From IMG/VR virus record IMGVR_UViG_3300020045_005677, positions 1 to 64,000 of that record: a DNA stretch of 64,000 nucleotides. One strand, 5' to 3'. Under the pieces are notes generated by a model. It did not search any database. It was not told the origin of the DNA and saw nothing but the letters and a program-made list of their open reading frames with translations. Positions within the stretch are counted from its first letter, which is position 1; each line of letters begins with the position of its first letter. This document shows positions 8,102-18,523 of this stretch, piece after piece. This stretch comes from a virus. Both the position numbers and the translations under genes were made by a program.

Positions 8102-10243
8102 TTATTCTGCTCTATATGCAAACACAGCAGTTGTTTGTACAGTTCTAGCTACATTTCCATAGATGTTAATAATTAATGTCCAAGAATATCCTCTTTGAAT
8201 ATCTTCTTCTGTAAAGTCTACTTCAACAGTGACAGTAAATGATTTATCAAATGCATCTTCAATTTCACGCATAAAGAAATCAATAATATCTTGTCTCAAT
8301 ACTTCTCTATCATCTCTATAGTTACCAGAGAATTCTCTCCAAGTTTTATCACCTACTGTTTGTAAATGGCAAATACCAAATACTAAGAAGAAACTATTTA
8401 AAACAGAATCATCATATGGATAAACAGTTTGTAAAGCAGGAACAAAGAATTGTTTTCTTGTTTTAGCTTGTGACCAGTTAGCTTGTACATCCCATAACAT
8501 TATTTTAAGATTATCTGGAATTTCATAAGGAGCTAAATCCTTCATTACTTCAATTACATTATCTTTACCAGTACTGAAATCTAAACCAGCTACCCATTTA
8601 CCATTAGAAGCTCCCATGTACGAAGCAGCTTTATAAATAGTATGGTATACTTGAGTAATTCTTCTTTTAAATAAAATATTAGTAGCAAAACCTGAACCAC
8701 CAAATATTAATGCTCTACAAGCTTTAGTACCATAATAATCAGACTCAGGGAACGTAGATAATTTAACAGCTAGAATTGTAAATCTTTCATACTCTTCTTC
8801 ATTAGTCAACTCTCTACCATCTGCATCTGAATAAGTACCTACGAATCCAAATGTATTTTTTCTAATAGCATAGAAGTATGCTATCTTCTCTTTAAGAGCC
8901 ATACTAAATCCAGTATCTATAAATACTGTTTCTACATTTATAGCAGTATCCATTCTGTTAGAATTTGCATCTAAATATTTATCTAATTCAATACCTACAG
9001 CTTTTTCAAAGTTTTCATTAGTCAATGTTCCATCTGAACCATTCTCTAACCAAATAGGAGTATTAGAACTAAATGAAATAGCTTTTTGACCTACCTCTAA
9101 TCCTATCTCTGTTTTATCAAACTCTACTGTAAAGTATCTTACATTTTTACTACTATAACCTGTTAAGAAGTTACATAGATATTTTTCATTTACTAATTCA
9201 ACATCATCATCTGGAGATAAGAAATCGAACCAAGTAGATGTAGCAGCTGATACATTATTGTTCCATACTTTTGGTGTAGAAGAAACATAATCTTTTTCAT
9301 TAGCCATAATAAGATTTAAAATAGTATCAATATGGTTATTATATAAATAGAATTCTTCAAATTCGTTAAACATAATTTCATATCTTGTATTCGTTTCATT
9401 TTCCCAAGTGTTACTAGCATTTTGTAATGTATACTCTTTTTTAGTAGATGGGTCAATAGCACCATTAAATGTAAAGCTAGAATATACAGAACCAAATAAG
9501 TTTTTCTTAAATGTAGCAGATGATTTAGCATCTACTCTTCTTGTATATAATAATCTATACATTAATGATTTCATTTTTGATACTAAATTAGTATCCATAT
9601 TTTTATAAGGAATTGATTCAATAACAAAACCAGAGTTATTATAGTCTTCTCCTAGAAATCTAGCAGGTACTTCCATAATTGGATACATATTAGATGTAGC
9701 AATACCATCTGTCATAGTTCCAGGTAACATAGTAGATTCACCAGTTGTTAAACCTAATGGTTTACTGATAGCTACATATCTTAATTTTATTCCAGGAATA
9801 GTAGGTGTGGTAGTATCAACTAGAGGTTCATCTGTAATAGGGTCTACGGCTATACTTCCATCACTATTTCTTTTATAATTTACTAATAAATTAGTAGCTA
9901 ATACATCAAGATAGATTACTACATTAGCTGCAGGTCCAATATCATCTGGTACTAGTCTTTCAAACACTAACGCATTAGCAGCAGCTCCTAGCATTTCTGT
10001 AAATGCAGTAGAGTGGTTATAATACTTAGAATTAGAATCAAAAGTATCAGCTCCATACAGCGGAACTCTTTCTGCAGAACCACTAAAAGTTCTTACTCCA
10101 ACTGGACCTCTCTTAGCCCATCCAAATTGTAATGGACAAAATTGTGGTACATTGTCAGACAGGGTAATAGTTGCGCCTCTACTTCTGTCTGCAATACCAT
10201 TATTCACAATTTGAGAACCAGCGTTTATGATAGTCTTAGCCAT
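8102..10243 (-). CDS. contractile tail sheath protein (phiKZ gp29-like)
   Basis: 713 aa; N-terminal I.D.S......S...PQ.CP...GWAKRGP and C-terminal D..RGYSWTL.I.IYGN...TVQT....A.R match phiKZ-like sheaths; adjacent to the tube gene. Confidence 0.9.
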   Translation of the reverse strand: MAKTIINAGSQIVNNGIADRSRGATITLSDNVPQFCPLQFGWAKRGPVGVRTFSGSAERVPLYGADTFDSNSKYYNHSTAFTEMLGAAANALVFERLVPDDIGPAANVVIYLDVLATNLLVNYKRNSDGSIAVDPITDEPLVDTTTPTIPGIKLRYVAISKPLGLTTGESTMLPGTMTDGIATSNMYPIMEVPARFLGEDYNNSGFVIESIPYKNMDTNLVSKMKSLMYRLLYTRRVDAKSSATFKKNLFGSVYSSFTFNGAIDPSTKKEYTLQNASNTWENETNTRYEIMFNEFEEFYLYNNHIDTILNLIMANEKDYVSSTPKVWNNNVSAATSTWFDFLSPDDDVELVNEKYLCNFLTGYSSKNVRYFTVEFDKTEIGLEVGQKAISFSSNTPIWLENGSDGTLTNENFEKAVGIELDKYLDANSNRMDTAINVETVFIDTGFSMALKEKIAYFYAIRKNTFGFVGTYSDADGRELTNEEEYERFTILAVKLSTFPESDYYGTKACRALIFGGSGFATNILFKRRITQVYHTIYKAASYMGASNGKWVAGLDFSTGKDNVIEVMKDLAPYEIPDNLKIMLWDVQANWSQAKTRKQFFVPALQTVYPYDDSVLNSFFLVFGICHLQTVGDKTWREFSGNYRDDREVLRQDIIDFFMREIEDAFDKSFTVTVEVDFTEEDIQRGYSWTLIINIYGNVARTVQTTAVFAYRAE

Positions 10244-10310
10244 CTTTGTCTCCTTATAAATAAAGTTAAAATTTATAATTTAATTAAATTATCAAAACAA
10301 GATTAGAAAA

Positions 10311-10346
10311 CTATATACACAGTGTCCTTAAACACTGTGTATATAG
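10311..10346 (-). terminator. terminator-like palindrome
   Basis: 15-bp stem CTATATACACAGTGT / ACACTGTGTATATAG; TTTT follows on the - strand. Confidence 0.6.
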
Positions 10347-10354
10347 AGTATAAA

Positions 10355-12217
10355 TTAATAAATATATATTAAAGCTTTTTCACTTCTTTCAAATTCATTT
10401 ACAGCTACAATTACAAAACTACCATCAGTATTTCTAATTACATCATGTAGTACATAATTAGAAGGAATATCAATAGTTTTTTCTGTATATGTTTTTTCAG
10501 ATACATCGAATACTAACATATACTTAGCAGCAGTATCTTTTTTAGCAAATAGGAATACTTTATTATCTTTTCTTAGTATTCCAGTTTGACAATTATTAAA
10601 TACAGCAGTTAGAGGATATGCAGCATTATACATTGTCCACTCGTTAGTACTTGAATTATAGATATAAAAGTTATCAGTATTTAAACTACCATGAGTAGAT
10701 AAAAACTTATTACCACCTAAGTTTACAAAAGTAGCAGCTAGATTACAATTTAATCTTTTAGCTAAAAACTCTTTAGTATTTGTAGTTAAGTTAATTCTTG
10801 TTAACTCTCCTTCATTAGCTAAGTTAATTGGCAATAGATATAAATATAATTCATCATCACTAATAGCAATAGCATTAGCTGCTATACAAGCTTTAGCATT
10901 AGGAATAGAGTAATCAGTAGTCTCAGTCTTAATTAGCTTCTCTATAGCATAAGGATTGTAATTAAACTCTACTACTCTTAAAGTAGTATCTGATATAGCA
11001 CTAGCTATTAACATTCTTTTATCTCTAGTAAAGAAACTAACACTATGATTATAATCAATAGCATAATTTAAATTAGTATCTTTAGACACTAAGAGTTCTA
11101 AGCTATTAGGATAAAATGTAAACATAGATAAACTATATGGCAAGGTAGCTGATGTTAACATAATATCTTTTTGATTACTTTGGTAAGATACACTAAAACT
11201 ATTAGAATTAGAATTTACAGGCAGTATACCAGTAGAGCTATCATATAGTTTAAATTCATCTTTAGTATATACATAATTCTTATCAATTACAAACGCTTCA
11301 TCTAGAGCACTAGTAGTAATCAAGAAAGATTTAGATTCCTTAATACTAACATTAGTATCATTTTGTAATCCTAATCTTAGTGTATAAGTCTCATCAGGAG
11401 ACAAGTGGTCAGAGTCTAAATATATTTCTGAACTTTTAGTTAATCCATCTACTAAATTTAAATATTGTAATGTATGTACTTCACCTAGATTTTCACCAGC
11501 TCCATTATAAAGATAAGCAGTGTTTACTACTACATTATTATCTGGACTAGTTAATGTATATACTATATTTCTATTGTAAGGTACATTACTAAAAGTACCA
11601 TTTAAAACATAAGATAATGCAGATGTCTCTAGTGTAGTTTTAGCTACTTGAGATTCTGCTCCATTTACAGTTCCAAATACTACCATAATAGTTAAATTAG
11701 GATATGCTTTATAATTAAAAGATACCAATGGTATACTTAATGAATTTAAGTTTACTTTATCTTTAATTACTTTATATACTAACTCATCATTATTAAACAT
11801 TAAATAAGTAGCATACAGATGTCCGTCAGCTCCATCTATTTTAGCTAGAGAAGAAGTAATCTTTAAAAATGTTTCTTTATCTTCTACTTTAATAGAAGGT
11901 TTAGCTATATTAGATTCTGTTTTAATAAACTTATTATTATTTACATCATCAGATACAATAATCTCAGGATTACTAAAATGTTCTTCTTGAGTACCATCAT
12001 CGAAAGACCTTCTATATCTTCCATACCATACTACACCTACTGGAGCACTTAAATTAAATATACCAATATTTAACATTCCATTTAAGTTATCACCTACTAT
12101 CTCTTGTAATACATTAGTAGGAGATGAAAAATCAGATGTAGCTCCAATTTGATAGATACTACTAGTATGTATTTTACCAGTACCTTCTGGCCAAGCTTTA
12201 GTTCTTATAGTTACCAT
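10355..12217 (-). CDS. virion/tail-associated protein with FN3/Ig-like N-terminal modules and Kelch-like beta-propeller C-terminus
   Basis: H.SS.YQI.ATSDFS motif; beta-rich; C-terminal FYIYNSSTNEWT and LVFDVSEKTYT repeats; next to the sheath gene. Confidence 0.5.
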   Translation of the reverse strand: MVTIRTKAWPEGTGKIHTSSIYQIGATSDFSSPTNVLQEIVGDNLNGMLNIGIFNLSAPVGVVWYGRYRRSFDDGTQEEHFSNPEIIVSDDVNNNKFIKTESNIAKPSIKVEDKETFLKITSSLAKIDGADGHLYATYLMFNNDELVYKVIKDKVNLNSLSIPLVSFNYKAYPNLTIMVVFGTVNGAESQVAKTTLETSALSYVLNGTFSNVPYNRNIVYTLTSPDNNVVVNTAYLYNGAGENLGEVHTLQYLNLVDGLTKSSEIYLDSDHLSPDETYTLRLGLQNDTNVSIKESKSFLITTSALDEAFVIDKNYVYTKDEFKLYDSSTGILPVNSNSNSFSVSYQSNQKDIMLTSATLPYSLSMFTFYPNSLELLVSKDTNLNYAIDYNHSVSFFTRDKRMLIASAISDTTLRVVEFNYNPYAIEKLIKTETTDYSIPNAKACIAANAIAISDDELYLYLLPINLANEGELTRINLTTNTKEFLAKRLNCNLAATFVNLGGNKFLSTHGSLNTDNFYIYNSSTNEWTMYNAAYPLTAVFNNCQTGILRKDNKVFLFAKKDTAAKYMLVFDVSEKTYTEKTIDIPSNYVLHDVIRNTDGSFVIVAVNEFERSEKALIYIY

Positions 12218-12231
12218 AAGCTTTTACTCCT

Positions 12232-12903
12232 TTATGAATTTTTATTATCAGTTAGATTAATATCTAACAACATTGAATTAAACATTGATTCTAATACTTT
12301 ACTGCTTACCACTCCAGTACCATATCTATTAATAATCTCTTGATTAGCTGTACCATGATTTTCTAACATAGCATTATAAGTTCTTAATGCTCCTTGGTCT
12401 CCACCTCTAATTTTCATTAGTTCTACCAAGGAATCTTTTAATCCTAACGAATCTAACAGCTGAGCCTCAGGTAATGTTATCTTACTGCTACTAGATTTAC
12501 CAGTTACTTGACCAGTAGTGGTATCTGTAGTCTTACTATCTACTGGTACACCTATTTTAGAAGCTAATGTTTGTACAGTTCTTTTATTGGGTAATCTAAG
12601 TATAGACATTTCTAGATTTGGTATATATGGATTATCATCTTTAAATACTACCTTGTCTAGTAATTTAATATTATACTTCTCAGCTACTGCCATAGTCTTT
12701 TCTACTGTTACTGTATTTTTAATACCAGTAGGTTGTACTACAGCTAAATTTATTTTACCTTCTTCTATACCGTCCATAAAGATATTAAATTCAGAATCAT
12801 TCATTTCTTTTAATACTTTTCTATATCTATCAGAATTAGATTTATCAGATATCTCTTCTATAAATGTAATTAAATCATTTTCCATTTCTTTTCTACTAGC
12901 CAT
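12232..12903 (-). CDS. virion RNA polymerase beta subunit, C-terminal fragment (phiKZ gp149-like)
   Basis: 223 aa; TTGQVTG.S.SSKITLPEAQLL.SLGL..SL.EL.KIRGGD.G....Y corresponds to the beta C-terminal region as split in phiKZ-like phages. Confidence 0.8.
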   Translation of the reverse strand: MASRKEMENDLITFIEEISDKSNSDRYRKVLKEMNDSEFNIFMDGIEEGKINLAVVQPTGIKNTVTVEKTMAVAEKYNIKLLDKVVFKDDNPYIPNLEMSILRLPNKRTVQTLASKIGVPVDSKTTDTTTGQVTGKSSSSKITLPEAQLLDSLGLKDSLVELMKIRGGDQGALRTYNAMLENHGTANQEIINRYGTGVVSSKVLESMFNSMLLDINLTDNKNS

Positions 12904-12913
12904 TATTTATCCT

Positions 12914-13834
12914 TTAGATATTAACAATAAAAGATATTCTATCCACTTCAGTTTTATTTACTGGTCTTAAACTGTACAAGTATGGAGATACCTGCATTAC
13001 ATAATGAGTATTAATTACATTAGATACAAATAAGTCTAATAAATCAATATCTAATGTTACTATATGCATTGGAGTATCTTTTAATACATTTACATCAGCT
13101 CCACCAATATTCAGAGAGTACTCAGTACTTAAAGCATATGAGTTTAAACCTTGCATTACTTTTAAAGCTTTCTTAATATCGAATTTAGGTTCAGCTATTA
13201 ATCCATTTGCATTTACTAATATACTAGGTTTAATAGCAGGTAGCATATCAAATTCAGAAGAGTTACTAAAAATAGTAGAAGTTCTACCATTATCTATATT
13301 AGTTAAGCTAGCTAAACTATAAGTAAAGATTTCAGTAAGAATTTCTTTAGTTGCTGGTAATGTTCCTAATTGGAACAATGTTAAATCAGGAGTAATTAAA
13401 AACTCTCCAGTATTTTTACTATAGTATAAGTCTACAACACAATCAGTTAAGATAGATTTAGTAGAAGCTAAATATACCAATGTGTTATTAGCTAAAATAT
13501 AATCTTTTAATTGTTGGATTGTAGTAAAGGCTTCCACTACTTCTCTAACTGCAATGTTACCAATACCAATGTCTACTAGTATTTGTTTAGTAGAGCTTAT
13601 CATTGTAGCTTTTAAATCAGTAAAAGATTTATTAGCATCAGGCTCAGCTGAATTTAAATGTGCTACTGCAGTAGAAGCAAAATCTCTAATGATAGGTGTA
13701 GATAGTTCTATAGTAGATATTACCATTCTGTCAAATACACTTTTTGCAAAGTTATCTGTTATTAATCCAGTGTCTGACAAAGTAGTCAAATCAGCAGGGA
13801 AAACACTATATGTATATTGTCTTCTATTGTTCAT
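12914..13834 (-). CDS. hypothetical protein (306 aa), probably structural
   Basis: AAGGA RBS; in the late-gene - strand block. Confidence 0.7.
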   Translation of the reverse strand: MNNRRQYTYSVFPADLTTLSDTGLITDNFAKSVFDRMVISTIELSTPIIRDFASTAVAHLNSAEPDANKSFTDLKATMISSTKQILVDIGIGNIAVREVVEAFTTIQQLKDYILANNTLVYLASTKSILTDCVVDLYYSKNTGEFLITPDLTLFQLGTLPATKEILTEIFTYSLASLTNIDNGRTSTIFSNSSEFDMLPAIKPSILVNANGLIAEPKFDIKKALKVMQGLNSYALSTEYSLNIGGADVNVLKDTPMHIVTLDIDLLDLFVSNVINTHYVMQVSPYLYSLRPVNKTEVDRISFIVNI

Positions 13835-13926
13835 TTTTAATCCTTATATGGGGTGTTCATATTATTTTGGGCAAAAGAAAATTAGATATAGATACTCAAA
13901 ATGTATCTATATCTGTTATTATATAT

Positions 13927-14259
13927 TTAAATAGGATATTTACCTATCTCTTCGTATTCTGTCTTGAAAGCATTTTTACAATGGTTCCTATCTCTAAACA
14001 AGAAGTTTATAAAATGCATAAACCAAGTATTCTTATCTTCAATTTCTGAATGATAATAAGCTATACTAGATATAGTCCAATCTTCTTTACCATATATTAA
14101 TGCACCGCCTAATTGGTCTAGCGATATAGCTAGATTATGTAGGTATAAAGATATGCTCTCTTTTCTAAATGTTTTTCTTACTATTTGCAAGACAAAGACA
14201 ATTGGGGCTAATATTGAAATCAATACAGCTGCAATAAGAAATAAAATAACATTAACCAT
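13927..14259 (-). CDS. small membrane protein of a widespread phage family
   Basis: N-terminal hydrophobic helix; AISLDQLGGAL..G.ED.TISS...HC..AF..E pattern; AAGGAG RBS. Confidence 0.7.
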   Translation of the reverse strand: MVNVILFLIAAVLISILAPIVFVLQIVRKTFRKESISLYLHNLAISLDQLGGALIYGKEDWTISSIAYYHSEIEDKNTWFMHFINFLFRDRNHCKNAFKTEYEEIGKYPI

Positions 14260-14293
14260 TTCTACTCCTTTTATGTTATAAAATCATAAAATC

Positions 14294-14324
14294 TTTGTTT
14301 CGAATTTAAAATAGCCACATATTA
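14294..14324 (+). promoter_or_regulatory. putative early promoter, copy 2
   Basis: TTTGTTTC-N14-CACATATTA. Confidence 0.75.
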
Positions 14325-14416
14325 CTGAGTTGGTAATACATTAAGGATTTATAGAACATAAAGTTCTATTTAAACAATAGGGAAATTTCAAACCCATATC
14401 TAAGAAAGGATTAAAA

Positions 14417-14872
14417 ATGAAAATCGTAATATCAAAAGCAGAATTATTAGAAGCTGTAAAATTAGTTAAAGCTCCAGGTATCTTAGCTTCTATAGCTATT
14501 AATATAGTAGATGGAATTGCATATAGAAACATTGTAGAAAAAATGATGGCTGATGCAGAGCAAGAAAGATTAAAAAATGGAGTACCATTCTTTGTTACAG
14601 CTACTGATGACGAAGTAACTATTGAAATTGGTGAAGAGCTAATGTTAGATATGGTAAAAGTATTTGGTAATATTGTAGTAGGTTTAATATCTATGTTTGG
14701 AAATATGAAAACAAATATGGAAGATATGACTGCTAAATATAAAGATAGAGCAGAAACAAGTAAAGAGCTAGAAGAATTAAGAAAAATGAAAGCAAGTGTA
14801 AGCTTAGTATTAGATGGTGATGCTAATTTATTTAAAGAGTTTACAGAATTTAAAAAATCACAATCTAAATAA
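14417..14872 (+). CDS. hypothetical early protein (151 aa)
   Basis: AAGGA RBS; downstream of the promoter motif; followed by a GCCTC-TTCG-GAGGC hairpin. Confidence 0.75.
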   Translation: MKIVISKAELLEAVKLVKAPGILASIAINIVDGIAYRNIVEKMMADAEQERLKNGVPFFVTATDDEVTIEIGEELMLDMVKVFGNIVVGLISMFGNMKTNMEDMTAKYKDRAETSKELEELRKMKASVSLVLDGDANLFKEFTEFKKSQSK

Positions 14873-14930
14873 ACAAGTGGCCTCTTCGGAGGCTAATTAA
14901 ATTAACAATATAAAATTAAGGAAAGTTAAA

Positions 14931-15038
14931 ATGGAATTAGTATTAGTAGCAATTATTGCATCAGTGAGTATTGTAGTATTGTCTAAAGTTAAATGTTTAG
15001 ATAGTGTATTGAACAAAATAGGAGAAAAGATATTTTAA
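14931..15038 (+). CDS. 35-aa membrane peptide (not in the ORF track)
   Basis: MELVLVAIIASVSIVVLSKVKCLDSVLNKIGEKIF*, AAGGAAAG RBS. Confidence 0.6.
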   Translation: MELVLVAIIASVSIVVLSKVKCLDSVLNKIGEKIF

Positions 15039-15071
15039 TTAATATCTAATCTCTATATTTTTTTATTTTTT

Positions 15072-15512
15072 TTAAATTAAAGAGATAGCTCTATCTTCTA
15101 GCTTTTTAAATACTATAATTAAATTCTTAAAGTATTCTTCTATCTTGTTGCTATTGTTTAACAATACCAGTATATCTGTAGCAGCATATCCAGTATCACT
15201 AGAGTGCATTAGTATATTTTCTCTTAAGATGTTATTTAATAAAATTCTCTTAGTATTTAAGTTTAAATGTTTAAAAGATTTATTCATTAATTTTAAAGCA
15301 TAGAGCTTTCTAATAAAAGCTACTCTATGATTATTATTTTTTAATATCTTATTTAAATATGTTTTAAAATTAAATCTCTTTTCATAGTTGTCAGATAGAT
15401 ACATAAAATCTATTGCATTTTCTTTTTTTGTTTTTAGAGCTGTAATATTATTTTTTTTTTCTAATAATTCTCCTACTACTTCTTCTTCACTCTTTTGTAC
15501 TTCTGTATTCAT
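15072..15512 (-). CDS. hypothetical protein (146 aa)
   Basis: ATGA-coupled to uvsX. Confidence 0.7.
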   Translation of the reverse strand: MNTEVQKSEEEVVGELLEKKNNITALKTKKENAIDFMYLSDNYEKRFNFKTYLNKILKNNNHRVAFIRKLYALKLMNKSFKHLNLNTKRILLNNILRENILMHSSDTGYAATDILVLLNNSNKIEEYFKNLIIVFKKLEDRAISLI

Positions 15513-17023
15513 TGTTCACCCTTTATAGTTTTTATTTTAGTTTTATCGTACCAGTATGGTATTTTACCTTTTCTAATAAATAGAATATCTATAATAGATA
15601 AATAAGGTGGTAAATGTTCTGCATAGTTATCAGGAGCAGTCCAACCTCTACTATCTAGTATTAAATTCCAGTCATATCCTAAATCTGTAATATCTTTATA
15701 TAATACTTCTGGTTCACACCATAAATCATTATCAATTACAAATTTTAAATATTTAGAATCCATTAACTCATGAGTAATCTCAGCAGCTCTTTTTAATCTT
15801 TCATCTTCTTCTAACTTTTTTCTTACTGTAGTTCTACCCATTTTAACTTCTGGATAAATAATAAAGTTATAACTAATATTACTTCCTTCTATACCAAACT
15901 TATTTACTTTACAATTATGAAAATCTGTTAGCTCTGGCTTAACACCTTCTCTTTGTGATACTACTACTAGTAATGTTGACCCAGAAGCTCCAGATTTGTT
16001 TCTAAATGGAATTACATCTAATACATGTAAATCTGTAGCCGTTTCATTATCAGAGTTCATAGGGTATTCTGGTAGCTTAGTAGCTTGGTTAATTAATATA
16101 CTACTCTTCTTAACTATTAAAGCTGTTAATGGTATAAAGAAGAATTTATCAGATACACCTTTAACTTTAGTATTTTGGTTAATATAAGTAGATGTTCTTG
16201 GAGGTGGAGAATACTTATCTGCCATAGTCTCCATATTTACTGCTTTACCTACTTGAGCAGTCATACCGAAATACGTATTTGTTTTAAGAGATAGAGTAGA
16301 TATAATAGTTAATATTTTAGTCTTTAAAGCACCTTGATTCATAAACACTGTATTAGAATCATCTAGTCCTTTATTCTCTACTAACTCTACAGAAGCTTGT
16401 CCTTCTAATTCTGATAAACTATCTATATCGTAGAATGTAGGTACAGGAAGAACAAGTACTTTGTTAGTTCTGTAATCCTTATAAGCATTAAACTCTATTT
16501 GCATATCTTTATCGTTTAATTTCTCCATACACTCTTTTCTAACAGAGTCTATCCATTCTCCAGCAAATACTCTAGCTTTATCAGTTACTGTCCATCTAGG
16601 GTCATCACCTTGAATCATATCGTCTGGTAAATACTTAAATGGTTTAGCTAATCTTTCTAATCCGTTAAAAGATATATTGTTTTCTGTATCGTATTTATGC
16701 TTAAAAGAATCATGAGTAGACATAACTGTATTCATAGCTGCTAATTCTAAGAATTCTAGGAATGTAGATTTAAAAGAGTTTCCTGGTCCTGATACAGATA
16801 CGGTTTGTGCTAGACCTCCATTTATTAAATACTCTCCTCTGTTACCTATTACAATGTCACAATTTAATAAGTTAAATCCACCAGGAACATTTAAGTTAAT
16901 TCTCATAGGTGGTCTTAGGTCCATACCCATTTTTTTAGTCTTAAACATTTCTTTTCTATTAATCATTATTGACTTAATATTAGTCTTCGGTTTTTCTTCT
17001 TTCATTTTTCTATCCTTTTTCAA
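15509..17023 (-). CDS. uvsX: UvsX/RecA-like recombinase (phiKZ gp152-like)
   Basis: Walker A GPGNSFKST, YDTE, IDSLSE (Walker B region), F.RNKSG.SG; size typical of phiKZ-like UvsX. Confidence 0.85.
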   Translation of the reverse strand: MKKDRKMKEEKPKTNIKSIMINRKEMFKTKKMGMDLRPPMRINLNVPGGFNLLNCDIVIGNRGEYLINGGLAQTVSVSGPGNSFKSTFLEFLELAAMNTVMSTHDSFKHKYDTENNISFNGLERLAKPFKYLPDDMIQGDDPRWTVTDKARVFAGEWIDSVRKECMEKLNDKDMQIEFNAYKDYRTNKVLVLPVPTFYDIDSLSELEGQASVELVENKGLDDSNTVFMNQGALKTKILTIISTLSLKTNTYFGMTAQVGKAVNMETMADKYSPPPRTSTYINQNTKVKGVSDKFFFIPLTALIVKKSSILINQATKLPEYPMNSDNETATDLHVLDVIPFRNKSGASGSTLLVVVSQREGVKPELTDFHNCKVNKFGIEGSNISYNFIIYPEVKMGRTTVRKKLEEDERLKRAAEITHELMDSKYLKFVIDNDLWCEPEVLYKDITDLGYDWNLILDSRGWTAPDNYAEHLPPYLSIIDILFIRKGKIPYWYDKTKIKTIKGEQ

Positions 17024-17099
17024 TAGCTGTTTTCAAGTAATTGCCCGTAGTAGGAAAACCGTATAATAGCTTTTTATGAAAATTTGAAGATACCAATAA

Positions 17100-17954
17100 A
17101 TGGAGATAAAGATGGATTTAAAAGAGCTAGCAGAGTACAAGTTCCCTGTATATAAGATAGAGTTAGTTGAAGATTATCAAGCAGGACTAGAAGGGTTTAA
17201 GTTCATAGGTGATTTCTTTAATAATGTATTGCTAATGATAGATGGGTTTAAAGATAGATTACATATCTTAAATACATTATACAGAGGTAAACATATTAAT
17301 GAATTAAAAGAACTAGGGTCTATTGGAAAAGACATTAATCATATTGTAAATAACAATACTTATTCAGATTTAGAGAATAAAGAAATAGTTGGTATAGCTG
17401 GATTAAAGAATTTGCCATTAGCTGCAGAAGAGTTAGTTAAATTAGTAGATATAGTAAACAAAACTACTTATAGTTCATTAGTTACTATTCATGATTTATT
17501 AAGTAGATTTATTGCTGATAAAGATTATAGAAAATCTTTTTTAGCTGGAGTAAATAGTATATCTAATATTAAAAGAAATATTGCAGATGATATAGAAGGT
17601 TCTTTATTAAAGTTTATAGATTTAAATATGATTCAAGATACATTAAAATTAAAAGATGTATTACCTAATCTATCATCGTTAATTAAAGTACATGAGAACT
17701 TAATATCTGCTGCTGATAAAACAGACATTGTACAGCTAAGAGATATCGAAGTAATTATTACTAAGATTGAAGAGAAAGTAATGATAATAGCTGAACTAGC
17801 TAAAGATGATACAGAGATTACTAAAACATCTATGAGTCAAGTATCAGAAGGATTATATACAATGGGTAATCTAGTTAAACACCATGGTATAGTATACTAT
17901 GTTACAGCTGAAGTATCTAAAGTATTATTAAACATTGTAAAGAAATTAAAATAA
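17100..17954 (+). CDS. probable internal head (ejection) protein
   Basis: N-terminal YQAGLE|GF matches the S/A/G-x-E prohead protease site of phiKZ-like phages; helical protein. Confidence 0.55.
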   Translation: MEIKMDLKELAEYKFPVYKIELVEDYQAGLEGFKFIGDFFNNVLLMIDGFKDRLHILNTLYRGKHINELKELGSIGKDINHIVNNNTYSDLENKEIVGIAGLKNLPLAAEELVKLVDIVNKTTYSSLVTIHDLLSRFIADKDYRKSFLAGVNSISNIKRNIADDIEGSLLKFIDLNMIQDTLKLKDVLPNLSSLIKVHENLISAADKTDIVQLRDIEVIITKIEEKVMIIAELAKDDTEITKTSMSQVSEGLYTMGNLVKHHGIVYYVTAEVSKVLLNIVKKLK

Positions 17955-17970
17955 CACCGAGGTGTAAATT

Positions 17971-18006
17971 ATAATATGTAGTGTGTAATTACACACTACA
18001 TATTAT
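17971..18006. terminator. perfect 36-nt palindrome, bidirectional terminator-like
   Basis: ATAATATGTAGTGTGTAA|TTACACACTACATATTAT between convergent genes. Confidence 0.7.
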
Positions 18007-18414
18007 TTTATTTATTTTTGTTTTATTTTCATATAGATTATGAATAAAATCTATAATGCTAGGTTTTACAACATTACTAAAGCACCTACAAATTATTAAG
18101 TTTGTTAAGTCATCTAGTCTAATATATTTACCATCCACAACACAGCTATCTCTCTTAAAGAAAAATCCGCCTACTCTCATTCCTATCTTAAAAAATGTGT
18201 AATCAGTAGTCTCTGTTACTTTCCTTCTAATCTCCAAGTACTCTTTATCTGTTATCTCTTTTCTTCCAGTTAGTAGAAAGATTGTAGTACCTAATAATAC
18301 ATCCTTTATATACTCTTCTTTGTGGATAAAAATAAATAAGAAAATACTATAAACAAATCTACTAATTCTACTTATTGCTTCATTGTTCATCTTAATCTTT
18401 TTCATGGTGGACAC
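17989..18414 (-). CDS. hypothetical protein (141 aa)
   Basis: GAGGTG RBS; stop codon lies within the palindrome. Confidence 0.65.
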   Translation of the reverse strand: MSTMKKIKMNNEAISRISRFVYSIFLFIFIHKEEYIKDVLLGTTIFLLTGRKEITDKEYLEIRRKVTETTDYTFFKIGMRVGGFFFKRDSCVVDGKYIRLDDLTNLIICRCFSNVVKPSIIDFIHNLYENKTKINKIICSV

Positions 18415-18480
18415 CTCTATATGCTAAATAATCAAATAATGAAAATCTAATCAAAGAGATTAGCTTGAAAACATTATAAA

Positions 18481-18489
18481 CACATATTA
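18481..18489 (+). promoter_or_regulatory. putative early promoter, copy 3
   Basis: CACATATTA; upstream element degenerate (GCTTG). Confidence 0.65.
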
Positions 18490-18523
18490 TTAAGTTAGAT
18501 TAATAATATACAAGGAAAGAAAT

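Noticed and set aside
14294-14306. GTTTCGAA as a tRNA T-loop (also at 57079)
   Set aside because: No cloverleaf; it is part of the early promoter upstream element.
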